Of a DNA stretch of 64,000 nucleotides, positions 28,292-42,156 are shown one piece after another; position 1 is the stretch's first letter; the number at the start of each line of letters is the position of its first letter. The notes beneath the pieces are model-generated. The model saw only the letters and a list, made by a program, of their open reading frames with translations, had not been told where the DNA came from and ran no database searches. The position numbers were made by a program, and so were the translations under genes. This stretch comes from Chrysomallon squamiferum (Eukaryota; Animalia; Mollusca), in NCBI GenBank assembly GCA_012295275.1, contig CM022677.1, positions 16,926,001 through 16,990,000 of the forward strand, in the 5' to 3' direction.

Positions 28292-30073
28292 ATGAAAAGT
28301 GCTGTGACTTTGACTTGTAATTTTTGATAATATTTGTGTTCCCTGGTGTCGGATGACGTCATTGCTTGAAATGGCTTGATTAGTATTAATGATTTATTCA
28401 TATAAATCACACCACTGTGATGCTTTCTGCAACAAGACAGAAAGTATCACTAAGAATTACATTAAAAAAAAGTCAAAAATTAAATAACAAAAATAGTAGT
28501 GGTAGCATCGTATTAGTAATTGTAGTAGTATTTTATTATCACTAGAGTATGCAACAAGAAAGAACTATGCATCAGCAGAATCTTCGTGTATTATTTGTAG
28601 AAATGATAATATTTAATGATCATCAGAGGTATCGCTACCACAGCAACAAAAAGGTGAGCGCCTAGTTTTTCAGGCAATGAAAAGAGGAGATTTTTCATAT
28701 GTGATCAAACATTTTCCTACTTCATGATGCGATGTGTTGTAACGATAAAGTCACGTTATTAACATATGCCATCATCAAGCAATATGCGAAATGCCTGAAA
28801 ATCATAACGACCCGTCGTCATGCAAGATGATTAAAACTATTTACGTCTACTTGCCGGCAAACATTTAGTCACACAAATACACAATCGCACTCAGTCTCAA
28901 TTATACATATAAGCAATTTACAGTTTTGTCAGATACGTCATAATGCAATTTTTGATCTGTTGCGTATAGAATGCTGCAGATCACATTAAAATCAAGAGGA
29001 GTAAACCACTAGTTTCTACATTATTTATTTTTCATATAATAGAAAACAACAGAAGTGATATTAGCAATACCGAGTTGTGCCGAACGTATTTATTGTTACA
29101 ATATCTTATTTTATTTTTCTTATTATCACTTGTACGTTCAGAACTGAGTATGTATCTATATTTATATTTTTTCATTTGTTCTTTCTAGTGTTTTCACTAA
29201 GAAGAGGCAGCAAATTCTTCTAGGAATTAGAAATGTAAATAATAATAATAATAATAATAAGTGCGGTCTTACTAGTAATAATCGTAGTAGCAGTTATAAT
29301 GGTAGTGGCTGTAATAGTTGCAGAGTTAGTATTAACAGCAGAGGTAATAATGATTAATCGTTTGAGATGTCTCTTCTTATTCCTGATACAGAGGAGTTTC
29401 TTCATCTGTCACTGAATACTGTGTTGTGTGATCTTATCAACGCTCGAAAAATTTAATAAATTAAATCTATGTCTGTGCATCCCATTTAAAAATAAACCCT
29501 TTCTGATAAAAGTGTAATTCTAAGATCAAAATCAGCAAATACATTTTAAGGATTCAGAAGAGAATTCAAGCAATAGAAAGTAGTTTTACGACCTAGAATT
29601 CGAATTAGAATTTGTAAGTATAGTAGTAGTAGTAGCAGACGGACAATAGTATTGGTTTAAATGGAGTCATATCCTTATATTATTCGGTTTTGTATTTTTG
29701 TTGTTGTTGTTGTTGGTGGTTTTTTTTTTTTTTTTTTGAAAGATATCACATAGTAGGATCCTCTTCATGAGAAGAGAGGAAAAGCTGTACCAAGAATTTG
29801 AAATAAAAATCGAAAGATAATAATGATATAAGTACTGGCAGTAACAGTAGTATTACTAGTAGTAGTAGTAATGACAATAGTGGTATAATAAAAATAAATG
29901 TAGTAATGGTGAAAGTTATTCATTTTATTGCGTGTTTGTTGCAGGTAGGTAATATAGTTCCAAATGTATGAAGTAATTGATTGTATCATTGTATTGCATT
30001 AAATGTTCGTTCTGATTGAGATGTAATAATAGCAGTAGTTTTTGTAATAGTAACAATAATAATAATAATAATG

Positions 30074-30104
<31 letters not shown>

Positions 30105-30539
30105 TTGTGATATTGTAAGGTAATAGTAATTCATGATGTTGAATAACTGTTGCAGAAAATCGCATATATAACATTCTGTAAACATATAAAAAAAGGTTAT
30201 GACATTATTCGTTCTGGTTTAGTCCACTGAGATCGAAACGGCCTATGAACTGTCGATGTAGGTTTTATGGCTGTTTGTCTTCTTCTGCAAAACTGATAAT
30301 GCGGTCAAGGTGTGAGGTATAACAGCTAACAATCAAACTCGATCAGAATTAACATAAAACACACACAGATATATAAATGTGCGAGCGTGTGTGTGTGTGT
30401 GTGTGTGTGTTTGTGTGTGAGTGTGTGTGTGTTACGAATATTTGTAATACTTCATTATTATTATTTATTTATTTATTTTATTTTATTTTATTTTATTTTA
30501 TTTTATTTTATTGTACTGTATTGTATTGTATTGTATTGT

Positions 30540-30660
30540 ATTGAATGTAGTCGTGGAAATTATTCAAAAATGCATTCGTATAAACAGGCTGATCTAACTG
30601 AACTGTTCCAGATTTTAAAACAATGAACAGCTTGGACTGACATTTAAGCTTTTTAATTAT
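30540..30660 (+). repeat. ~120-bp dispersed repeat, second copy at 42420-42542
   Basis: tgaatgta.tcgtggaaat...tgcattcgta..aacaggctg.tctaactgaactgtt...cagcttggactgacattta at both sites. Confidence 0.8.
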
Positions 30661-30794
30661 TTGATATAAAACATGAATCGGGGATATTTTTAAATCGTAC
30701 GCTAGCGCAATATGGTGAATTTTACAGAATATTATCAGCATATGTTCATATAGAGAAACATTAAGATCCACGTTTTGCTTCGAGATTGGGAGAG

Positions 30795-30826
<32 letters not shown>

Positions 30827-31102
30827 CTGTGTGTGTTTCTGACTGTATATACACATATATACATTACATGTATACACACATACGTACGTACGTAATTAGG
30901 TACATAGATTTCCTTAATATTATTATTATGTTCATCTGGGTTGAAAATGGAATCATATATTTAACTTCATTTTTTTTAAACTCCTCTTAACATAGTTTCA
31001 TCCTCTGTTTATCAAGAGAGAAAAACGATATTTGAATAATTTGAAATTTACAAATAAAAATACATCAAGGTTACTAGGTATAGTACCAGTAGTAGTAGTA
31101 GC

Positions 31103-31139
<37 letters not shown>

Positions 31140-32087
31140 TTTGTAATAATGGCAATAGTAATGTTATATGATGGCTGTTAGAAATCATCGCAAAGAGAAT
31201 CTGATATAATATATATATTTTTGAAACTGGCTATGAAGTCTGTTATGTTTCAAGATTATGTTTTTCTTTTCTTTCGTAAAATCGATAAACAAAAAAAAAC
31301 ACCTAAAACAAAATAGAGAGGGACGGAAGGGGGAATATATATTTATTGTATTTGTTTTTATTATTATTGCTATTGTCGTTATTGTTGTTGCTGTTGTTGC
31401 TTTTTTTGTTGTTGTTGTTGTAACTTCATCTCGGTTGTTCTTACCTAGTGAAGAAATCTGATCTACATTAACCGGTTATTGAAGTCGTATTCGAAGAAAG
31501 GTGAAAGCACGATTCAAGTCAGTAACTTTATTCCATTTACAAGACCACAACAGTGTGCCACGCATCAGAAACAATAATAAAGTAAAACAAACAAAGAATA
31601 AAATTAATAATAACAAGAAAGCAAGACTAATAGTTCGAACAAAATAATAAAATAAAATAAAATAAAATAAAATAAACCAATAAAACAATCAATAATGGTA
31701 AATACTAACATGCCGACATTGAGTTAGAAAAATTATCCTGTGTTTAATATACAGGGAGAGAGAAAGACTGACTGTTGGTTAATTTAGTTAAGTAGATAAA
31801 GATAAAGACAGAGAGATACACAGAGAGAAAAACGGAATGACAGAATGTTAGACAGACAGACTGACAGATAGAAAGACAGATAAATAGATGGATGACTATA
31901 AAAGAAAAGAACCATAGATAAGCATGTGTATGTCAAATACAAATATATAGGTGTAGATAAAATAAAAATAAAAGGTGTTATTTCACAGTGACATTTATTT
32001 TGCAATCCAAGTCGTTATATCTCAGATTTTCAACCAGTGACTAGCTCTTCATATCAAACACAATAGACATTCGACGTGGGATCAAAT

Positions 32088-32778
32088 ATGTATCAGCAAT
32101 TCTTTGTTTTAGTTCCGATCTTACCATATCTGAATTCACAACTGTTTACGTCCGTATCACATCTGTACAGTTCAGTACAAGCAGGAAGTGATTTGGCAAC
32201 AGCATTAAGAAATTACACACGTGTACATAAAGAAGAAACAAAAGTGGAAAAATTGAAAACTATTTCAAATAAAATGCATCAGAATACTGTGAATATACAA
32301 AAAAAACCTAATCGCTATATTGCCAACCCCATTGGCGCTTTTTTGTTTATTAAAATATCGGAAGTTGTTATCTCTGGTCAAGTGGCCCAAACTGAGTACA
32401 GAATCAGTAAAGGAATGTTTCTCTATCAGACTCATACAAAAACAGTAACGAAAATTAAAAAGAGAATCCAAGCCATCACTGGACTGTCTGTGACAGAGTT
32501 TGAACCAATGCATGTGGCTAACTATGGAATAGGTGGGTACTACGACGTTCATTCGGACAACTTTAACGTAAAAGATCACGATGAATTGTCTTATGGTAAC
32601 AGAATTGCCACGTGGTTAAACTACATGAGCGATGTAGAAGAAGGTGCAAATGTTTTCAACCAGTGATTGCCTAGCTGCAGCAGCTTTTTGGTATAATTTG
32701 TATCGGAATAATCAAACATCAATAGCTCTAAACAATTCTGGACTGGAGAAAAGGGGATCAAATAATCCAAAAGAATGA
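32088..32778 (+). pseudogene. P4HA copy 3, internally deleted (192-aa ORF 32088-32666)
   Basis: Signal peptide and N-domain (…YIANPIGAFLFIK) fused in frame to the catalytic domain (ISEVV...YRISK...VANYGIGGYYDVHSD...GNRIATWLNYMSDV), then a premature stop. Distal His and Lys motifs are lost. Confidence 0.85.
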
Positions 32779-34243
32779 TCATGCACATAATTATTTTCTT
32801 TGTTTTATTGTTTTGATATAATAATAATCGTTTTTTTTTTTTAAAAGCACTGGCCCAGGATTTTATTCGATCTTCAGTTATTTATTTATTTTTTAATATC
32901 TGTTTGTTTGTTTGTTTGTCCATGTTTTTATTTTTATTTTTATTTTTTTTTTTTTTTTTTTTTGTGTGTGTTTGTTTTTTTTTTTGTTTTTATTTATCAG
33001 TTACGGATATGATAGTACGTCAATACGCAGGATATAGCGAGTCCATTCAGTTAGTTTATTTAACTAACAAGCAGCTCATTACTTTGTAGTACACTTCAAA
33101 TAGAATAAGAACTAAAATGAATGCTTTTTCAAAGATATGCGAATAAAAAAACAAAATAAAATATACCCAACAAAATTACGAAAGCAGTTCTGTTCATTTT
33201 GATTTACATAAAAATACATTTTGTCTTCTGTTTTTATTCACAGAACAATTCTATGTCAATCACGTTCAAAATTAGCTTTTTAAAAAAATTGTTTGAACAC
33301 TAAAAAACAAAACGAATTATAATGGTTCTGATTAGGCTGTAAACTGAATCAAAATGGTATCTTAAAGTATGTGTATCAGTTTTGCAAGAAGAACATTTGA
33401 GTTCGTCAGTGTGACAGTGAAACTTAGATTTCAGTAAACACATAAATATTTTCACTTCATCACCAGATGTAAAGAAAGACATTTTCAGCTTTAAATGGAA
33501 AAAAGAAGAATATAGCAGGAATAACCAGCAAATGTTTGGATGAAACTTCTGTTGGCGGGTATAAGATTAATATATTAAGACAGCTTCGTTATCGATTTAA
33601 AAATAATTATTCCAAACGGTGATACATCTCAGCATTGTTTACAATGTCGTAATTATTGCATCATGAAATTAAAAAAAATGTCCGCCGTTGACAGTTACAT
33701 TTGAAAATATAATAACGGTTTTACATATAATTATAGTTTCGATGAAGAACAAATTTGCACCCTCAATTCAGTTACCCCTTAAATATTTTGTATATATGTT
33801 TTTGATATAAATTTTTTTAAAATGTCATTTCACTTTTACCAGGGCAGAAACAGAGTCCAAATATCAACGAGCATGTTATGTAATATTACAAACAGAGGAA
33901 GATATAAACTACTTCCAAAATGAACCAAAGATGTGCATCTTATCCCCACGAAAGATTCTGTTCTTTTGATTTCAACTTTTTTTCTGTTTTTATTGCCAAC
34001 ATTATATTAAGTGGATATCTTTTGCGATAAACACAAAATTGTATTAGGCTGTTGCGTTTGAAGATGCAGTGCTTAAACACATATATTTCACTTGTTACTT
34101 CTTTAAATAAAGAAGAATATAATAAATTTAGTCTGTTTTATATATTAATTACTTCTGCAAATTATAAATGACATCTCATTTTATCGCTGTCTCAAACAAC
34201 TGGCCTACGCATTCGGATAATTTACAACATATATTCGATGAAT

Positions 34244-35025
34244 ATGTATCAGCAATATTTTGTATTAGCTTTGATGTCCTCAGTTGCGACTCCAGAGCTA
34301 TTTACGTCTGTATCACATCTGTACAGCTCAGTACAAGCAGGAAGAGATTTCGTTAGAGTATGAAGGAATTTCAAGCATGCATGTAAAGAAGTAACTAAAT
34401 TGGAAAAACTGAAAACAGTTTCAGATCAAATTGAACAGCATTGTTCGACAGCACTAAAATACTCGAATGGTGCAATATTATACATTAAATGTTTCACTGT
34501 GGACTTGGAACGAGATGTAAAGCCTATTCTTCAAAAAGCATTACTTCACAGACAGAGCAAACTAAACTGCAAGAAATTCGCGAAAACGTTCCAAGTTACG
34601 AAGATTTAGAACGGATGGTTGCAGCTCTGTTTCGACTTCAAGATGGACACGAAAAAAATGCCAGATGGATTTATACATGAACGATATATACATAGACTCT
34701 CTGCAGAAGATTATTACCAGTTAGTCTGAACGAATGCAGATGGAAAATTATGGAATAGGTGGACACAACAGCTCTCATTCGGACTGTACTGACTATATCA
34801 GCGCTGTTGAAGGAGGTGCAACAGTATTTCCGTATCTTGGTCTAAGAATACTAATTGAAAAGGGTGCAGCGGTCTTTTCGTGTAATTTGTATCGGAATGG
34901 TTTACATAATAGCATGATCTGCAGCTTGACTTGTTCTTGTTGGCTCTAAATGGGATTCAACTTACTGGATTCGAGAAAAGGAGCAAGCATTCACGTGGCC
35001 ATGCTCCACAAACCCAGAAGAATAA
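34244..35025 (+). pseudogene. P4HA pseudogene (copy 4)
   Basis: atgtatcagcaatat start; fragments KLQEIRENVPSYEDLERMVAALFRLQD, RYIHRLSAEDYYQL, NYGIGGHNSSHSD, GGATVFPYLGLRIL, WPCSTNPEE*; frameshifts and large deletions. Confidence 0.9.
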
Positions 35026-35050
35026 ATAAAACATGACGTAACTTTGTCTA

Positions 35051-35111
<61 letters not shown>

Positions 35112-35319
35112 TATGAAGAACGAAAAAGGAAAAAAGAAGAAAATAAATGTTTCAGATTAATTGTTTTCCTTTTATTGTGTTTTCTTTTTCATATCTATCT
35201 ATCTATCAATCTATCTAACTATCTATCTATATATCTATCTATATATATATATTTTACATGATAAAACTAATCCGAAAATTAAAGAAAAAGTACTTTCTAA
35301 TTGCATGTATGTACGTACG

Positions 35320-35351
<32 letters not shown>

Positions 35352-35540
35352 CATGGATGCATGTATGTATGTATGTATGTGTGTATATATGCAATCAGAA
35401 AGAACATTTTATAAATATATATGTGTGTATGTGTGTGTTGATTTGATTTCAATATATTTCCGTGCCAACTTTTTCATTCGCACCTGTGACAAGTGTATTT
35501 TTCTTGGTGAGTGTGTATGCAGGCATTTACACTTATATTC

Positions 35541-35664
<124 letters not shown>

Positions 35665-36296
35665 AGTAAATTGTGAATTGTCACACTGAATTATTGTATT
35701 CTGTATCATGTGGTATGTAATAATTTTATTTCAACATATCATACCAGACATGTTTTTTTATCGTCTGAAATATACTGTTGAACATAAAATCCTGCAAATA
35801 ATATTGGTTATGAAGATTTTCTTTTTCACTGAAAATATATCTGTTTTCCATGTCGTCAAAGGTACAATTTATATAAACTGTGTTATTTATGTTTGTTTGT
35901 TTTCGTGTGTGTTATCTGTGTTTGTTTGTTTTTGTGTGTGTGTGTGTTGTGTGTGTGTGCGTGTGTGTGTGTGTGTTTACTAATTAATGTAAATGCCTTT
36001 AATTATAATGAAAAAAGTATGAGCTCCTTTACCTATTCTCCCCATCCGTATACTACAGCACAGTGATCGAGCTTAAATATTCCTCAAATTCTTAAATATC
36101 TAGCTGTTACGTTCAGTATTAGACTGTCTTCCAATAAAGCTCAGCAAACAAATCGTTCATGAGAAAAGAAAGCAAGAAATATACCATTTCCGTGTAACTT
36201 TAAACAATTGGGAGCCATCATCACCTCAAATTCTTAAGAATAGTTATATCTGTTTGTGCTTGTTGTAATGTTATAAATAAAAATACGAAATTCCTA

Positions 36297-36362
<66 letters not shown>

Positions 36363-37305
36363 CCTTTCTGTGCAAAGGACGTTTTACACCAGGATCTAAC
36401 ATTTCAAAACAAACAAAAGCCAGATTGTGCAGTATTTTGTACGCACCAGTATATTATGGATGATGAAATTTATATTCACAATTTTTTTTATCAGTATCCA
36501 GTAATATGCGAAGGAAAAAATAATTCGATTGAACAACTAATTAAAATTTAGATTACGAAGCTGTCATTTTGCTGTACAGAACAAATGTTTTTCTACGTCT
36601 GTGTTATGGCTATACATATAGTTAGTGTGTATGTGTGTGTGTGTGTGTGTGAATAAATTATTTCCTTTATATTCTAAATAAAAATGGATCAGAAACGAAA
36701 AATACCCAGTTAATTCTGTTTAAGTAGACAGGGCTTTACGTCACAATAAACCTTGTTTTAGTGTTTTTATTACACCTGTTATCACTACTATACTATAGCC
36801 TCCGTGAACGCTGACAAGTTGAAGGAAGAAATGGGTTATTTGATTATTTGACAAGGAAGATAGTTAATATAATTATAATCTTATTGTTTTATTCTTCTTT
36901 TCACTTTCAACATCTCGACCAGGAGGAAAAGAAACAAAATATCGTATCGCGTAAAATGTTAGTCAACAAAGGGTAGACTTACTATGGAACATTACATGTT
37001 AGGTAACATTCATTTAAAAAATAAGGACATTTTGGACGTATAGCTAAAAAGGCATATTTCTGTTAACATTACTGGTGTGTTGTTGCTATTGTTTTTGTAG
37101 CATATGCAGTGTCTCTAAAGAGTTAAAAAACATGTCAAGAGAAAACAAAACAGTAATTTATTTCTCAAAAACAGTATAATCCATTAAGCAACTACGATAA
37201 ATTTCATTTGAAAGAAAAAATAAACGTCAACAAGCAAATAATTATAAACAACTACTGCTTCCGTAGACAAGATAGTTCTATTTAGGATGTTACAGAACAT
37301 TTCAC

Positions 37306-38819
37306 TTATTCTTCTGGATTTGTGGAACACGGTCGCTTCAATTCCTGCCCTTTTTCTGAAATCCAGTAAGTTGATACCCATTTAGAGCCAATAATGACGG
37401 GACAAGCTCCGTGAATTGTCATTCTGTGAGGAGAACCATTCCGATACAAATTATACCAAAAAGCTGCTGCACCCTTCTTAGGCAATATTCTTACACCAAG
37501 TTGAGGAAACACTGTTGCACCTCCTTCCACGTCGCTCATATAGTTTAACCACGTGGCAATCCTGTTTCCAGAATTGTCAGCACCTGTTATGTCGAAATAG
37601 TCAGAGTGAAAGGTGAAGTGTCCGGCTATTCCGTAGTTTGCCACCTGCAGTGATTCGGATTCTTCCATAGAAAGACCTGTGACTGCTTCCATTCTCTTCT
37701 GGATTCTCAACTCTGCTGCTGTAGCAGGCGTTTCTAGAAATATATCTTTGCTAATTCTTGTGTCCGATTTGATAGTTTTTCCATAACGATTGATTTCAGA
37801 TGTTTCTAAAAGTGGCATAGAAACTCTTTTAATTTCCTCAATTTCAACATCACTTATAAAATCATGGTACAGGACTATTTTGGGTGACAAATGAAGAACC
37901 TCCTCTTTAGCAGGCTGAAGAACCAGAAGTGGATTATTCTTATTGTTATGATAGCCACATTTCAATCTACGTCGGCGACGACGTACTTTAATAACATCTT
38001 CATCACGGCAGACAACGTCAAAAGTTGTATTCTCTTCAAATCCGGTATTTACGTTTCTGTGATCTTCCCTGCTTCTTGATATATTTGAGTACTTTTCCTC
38101 TGTATTCACTGTACGTCCTTGACCAATTAACTGTTCATTTGTGAGATTTAAGACCCGTAATATTTCTTCAGCTAATTCTCTACCGTGTATTCCATAGTCA
38201 AACAGTCCTAACACATTTTCCTTCTCTTCTCTTCTTTCTTTCTCAAGGCTTATTTCCATCCAAATGTACACATAGTTGAACTTTCTCATTTTATACGCTA
38301 AGCGACCTAACTGATAACAGTCTTCTGCAGACAGTCTATGTATGTATCGTTCATATATAAAACCCTCTGCCAATGCCGTAGCGTTTAATTTGTATGTGTC
38401 TTGAAGACGAAACATAGCACTAGCTACTCCTTCTAAATCTTCGTGAGTTGGAAGGTATTCACGAATTTCCTTTAGTATGCTTAGATCTGTTTCAGAGATA
38501 ACGTTTTCCTCGAGTATAGGCTCTACATTTCGTTCCCAATCCAAAGTAAACAGTTTAATAAATAAAATGCACCAATCGGGTTAGCTATGTAACGATATGG
38601 GTCTTTTAACGTGTTCAAACTATGTTCTTCCATTTTATATGAAATCGATTTGAGTTTTTCCATTTTAATTCCTTCTTTAAAAACACGTGTGTATTTCCTT
38701 AATGCTATTGCCAAAGCTCTTCCAGCTTCTACTGAGCTGTATAGGTGTGAGACGGATGTAAATAGTTCTGAATTCACCGCTACCAATACCAAACTTAAAA
38801 CAAAATATGACTCATACAT
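37306..38819 (-). CDS. P4HA: Prolyl 4-hydroxylase alpha subunit, intronless (copy 5), interrupted by a single 1-bp frameshift at ~38564-38567
   Basis: ORFs 38523-38819 and 37306-38544 join into a full-length protein if one T is added to a T4 run (paralogues have T5: GAFLF). HSD, HGACPV and GSKW motifs are intact. Either a young pseudogene or an assembly error. Confidence 0.85.
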
Positions 38820-40368
38820 ATTTATTCTTTATCGAATATATTTTGTAAATGGCATGAATATCTCCTCAACGGTTTAAAACTGGGACGTGACTCTATGGTT
38901 TGTAAATAAACGTCAGTTAAAACTGACTCATGTCATATTCATTTCACTTTTTATTTATTTTTTTCTAATATAACTGTATCTTGTTTTTCATAAATGTGTG
39001 CATGAAAAACCTGCAAATAATGAGTGTGTGTCTGTGTGTGTGTGTGTGTATGTGTGTGTGTGTGTGTGTGTTTGTGTGTTTGCAGTTCTGCATAACGTCT
39101 TGGTAAATGGTCAGGAAAAGTTTTAAACATTATTTCCTTAATTGATTTCTCATTATCACAAGTGTAATAATATCTGTATGCATGAGCTTTATATTCATAG
39201 ACTAAGTAAATGTTTCACTCGTCAAAATTCATTTCAGCTAACGTGGAGTATATGCAATGACAATATCGCCACACTCGTTAAGACACTGTCTCAGATAGAA
39301 ACTAGTATTAAAGTCTTTCAACAGTTCTGCGTAGTACTGGATCTTAATCAGAGTAATGTTATAATATTTAGAAATGGTGGCCTTCTACAAACATATTAAA
39401 ATGCTTCTATGTGGTGTCTTCGAATAAAGCTTGAAAACAAATGTTCATGTCCTAACAGACCATAAATTATACCATTTTCTTATAACTTTAAACTATTGGA
39501 TGCCATCATAACCTCAAGTTTCCGATATAGGATCACGAATTAAGGTTCATAGGTTAAGGTTGGGAAATGACGTAGTAAATAAATAAATAAATAAATAAAT
39601 AATAAAAACTGATTTTACCTTCAACGAATGTGTAGGTAAACTTATTAAGAGTAAACAAATATCAGAGCAAACTTACTGAACTGTCACATCACAGATTACT
39701 TGTCAAAGTTATTTCATGTGAAAGTGCTGCGTAAATTAAAACGGGCTATGAAATTCAAACAGATTGCATTTAATCATGTCAAGAAGCAAATAATACTGGT
39801 TTGCTTATTTTATTGTTTAAAAAGTCACTTGATCAAAGATCAGCTGAATTAAATATATCTCATTCATGTTATTACACGCAGCATCGATCACTATTTGGTA
39901 ACGAACATTACTTTCAGTATTATTTTGTTATGGATCTGAAAATGGTTTTGTCGAAGTTAAGGTGAATTAAGTTGGGATTAGTTGTAAAACTGATACATTT
40001 AAAGAATTCGAAATTTTGACCAAATACTTTACCCATTTTGTAGAAATAAGGATGCGCTTTTTATTAAAAACTAAATGCACTTATCATTAATATATTGCTT
40101 GAGGGTAAACAGTAAACAGATCTAAGAAACAATTTACTTTTTTTTTCCCATATATGTATAAATATGTACCATGAAAGGATTATAAATAAATAAATAAACA
40201 AAAAATAAATAAATGTCCAGTAAATAGATATCTTTTCCAGTGAAAACGATCGCTTAATTTGTATGTTAGGAACAAAGAATTTAACTATTATAAAAAAATA
40301 ATGAAATCATCCACCCAATAGCGAATAGCAATTTACAAAAAAGAAGTGAAAGTTACGTCATCATTTGC

Positions 40369-41883
40369 TCATTCTTTTGGATTTATGGAGCATGGCCGCT
40401 TGAATACTTGCTTCTTTCCTCCAATCCAGTAAGTTGATATCCATTTCGAGCCAATAAGAACAGGGCAGGCTCCATGAACTGTCATCTCATTAGGTAAACC
40501 ATTCTGATATAAATTGTACCAAAAAAGAGCTGCGCCCTTTTTAGGTAATATTCTCAAACCAAGATGTTCAAACACCGTTGCACCTCCTTCTACATCGCTC
40601 ATATAGTTCAACCACGTCGCAATTATGTTTTCAGATAGCAAATTATCAGCTTCTGTTTTGTCGAGATAGTCGACATGAGAGGAGAAGTGACCGGCTATTC
40701 CGTAGTTTGCCACATGCAGTGGTTCAGAATCTTCCATAGACAGGCCTGTAATAGCTTCAATTCTCTTTCGAATTTTCAAGTCTGCTTCTGTGTCACTGAC
40801 TGCCAGAAACGAACTTTTGCTTATTCTGGAGTTAGAGCTTGTAATTTGTTCAGAGGACACAATTCTTGATGTATCCAAAAGTGGCATGGAAGCTGATTTA
40901 ATTTCTTCAATTTCAACGTCACTGATAACATCATGATAGAGGACAATTTTCGGTGATATGTGAAGAATTTCCTCTTTAATAGGCCGAAGAACTAGAAGTG
41001 GATGATTGTTGTTGCTATAACAGCGATATTGTAAATGATCTCTATGTCGTAGCTGGGTCACTTTCTCACCTCGACAGAGAGCCTCAAAAGTTCCTACTTT
41101 CTCAGACTCCGTGTCCACATTTGTCCACCGTTTAGTACGTCTTAGAATATTTAAATATTTTTCTTTTCTGTTCAGAGCGCTTTGTAGACCAGGATCTAAC
41201 ATTAGCTGTTCATTTGTGAGAATTAATGCCTGTTCTATCTGTCCTACTAATTCTCTACCGTGTATTGCATAGTCAAAAAGTTCTATCCGAGATACGTTCT
41301 GAATTTTTTGTATTCTTTCTTTCTTAAGGCTTATATCCATCCAAATATTTAGATTGTGGTATTGTTTCATCTCGAAGGCAAGGCGACCTAAATCATAACA
41401 GTCTTCAGCAGACAATCTATGTATATATCGTTCATTTATAAAACCCTCTGCCAATCGTTTAGCGCTTAATTTGTATGTGTCTTGAAGACGAAACAGAGCT
41501 GCAGCCACGCCTTTTAAATCTGTGTAACTAGGAAGATATTCACGAATGTCCTTCAGTTTGCGTAGATCTGTTTCAGAAAGAATATTTTCTTCAAGTATAG
41601 GCTGTACATCACGATCCCAGTCCAAAGTGAAAGTTTTAACAAATAAAAACGCGCCAATCGGGTTGGCTATATAACGATACGGGTCTTTTTGCGCTTTCAG
41701 ACATTGCTGTTCCATTTTATCTGAAATAGTTTTAAGGTCTTTATATGCACGACTGTTATTTTTTAACATTGTTGCCAGATCACTTCCTGCTTTTGTTGAG
41801 CTGTATAGATGTGATACGGAGGTAAATAATTCTGTATTCACAGATGGTAGCAACAAAACTAAAACAAAGTACTGCTGGTACAT
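40369..41883 (-). CDS. P4HA: Prolyl 4-hydroxylase alpha subunit, intronless (copy 6), 504 aa
   Basis: Signal peptide, ELFTS N-terminus, ALFRLQDTY, LSAEDCYDLG (TPR/PSB), VANYGIAGH..HVD, ATWLNYMSDVEGGATVF, HGACPVLIGSKW, RPC. Confidence 0.96.
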   Translation of the reverse strand: MYQQYFVLVLLLPSVNTELFTSVSHLYSSTKAGSDLATMLKNNSRAYKDLKTISDKMEQQCLKAQKDPYRYIANPIGAFLFVKTFTLDWDRDVQPILEENILSETDLRKLKDIREYLPSYTDLKGVAAALFRLQDTYKLSAKRLAEGFINERYIHRLSAEDCYDLGRLAFEMKQYHNLNIWMDISLKKERIQKIQNVSRIELFDYAIHGRELVGQIEQALILTNEQLMLDPGLQSALNRKEKYLNILRRTKRWTNVDTESEKVGTFEALCRGEKVTQLRHRDHLQYRCYSNNNHPLLVLRPIKEEILHISPKIVLYHDVISDVEIEEIKSASMPLLDTSRIVSSEQITSSNSRISKSSFLAVSDTEADLKIRKRIEAITGLSMEDSEPLHVANYGIAGHFSSHVDYLDKTEADNLLSENIIATWLNYMSDVEGGATVFEHLGLRILPKKGAALFWYNLYQNGLPNEMTVHGACPVLIGSKWISTYWIGGKKQVFKRPCSINPKE

Positions 41884-42053
41884 ATTTCTTCGCCATAAAA
41901 TTGATGTTTTAATATGGGCACATTGGTTTAAGTACAGACAAATAATCGATACAAATTCTAGATAAAGGTCAGTTAGAATTCGTGCTTATCGTTTAACAAC
42001 GAAATATTCCTATTTTATTGTATTTTACTTCATTTTTATTTTTAAATAAAGTG

Positions 42054-42156
<103 letters not shown>

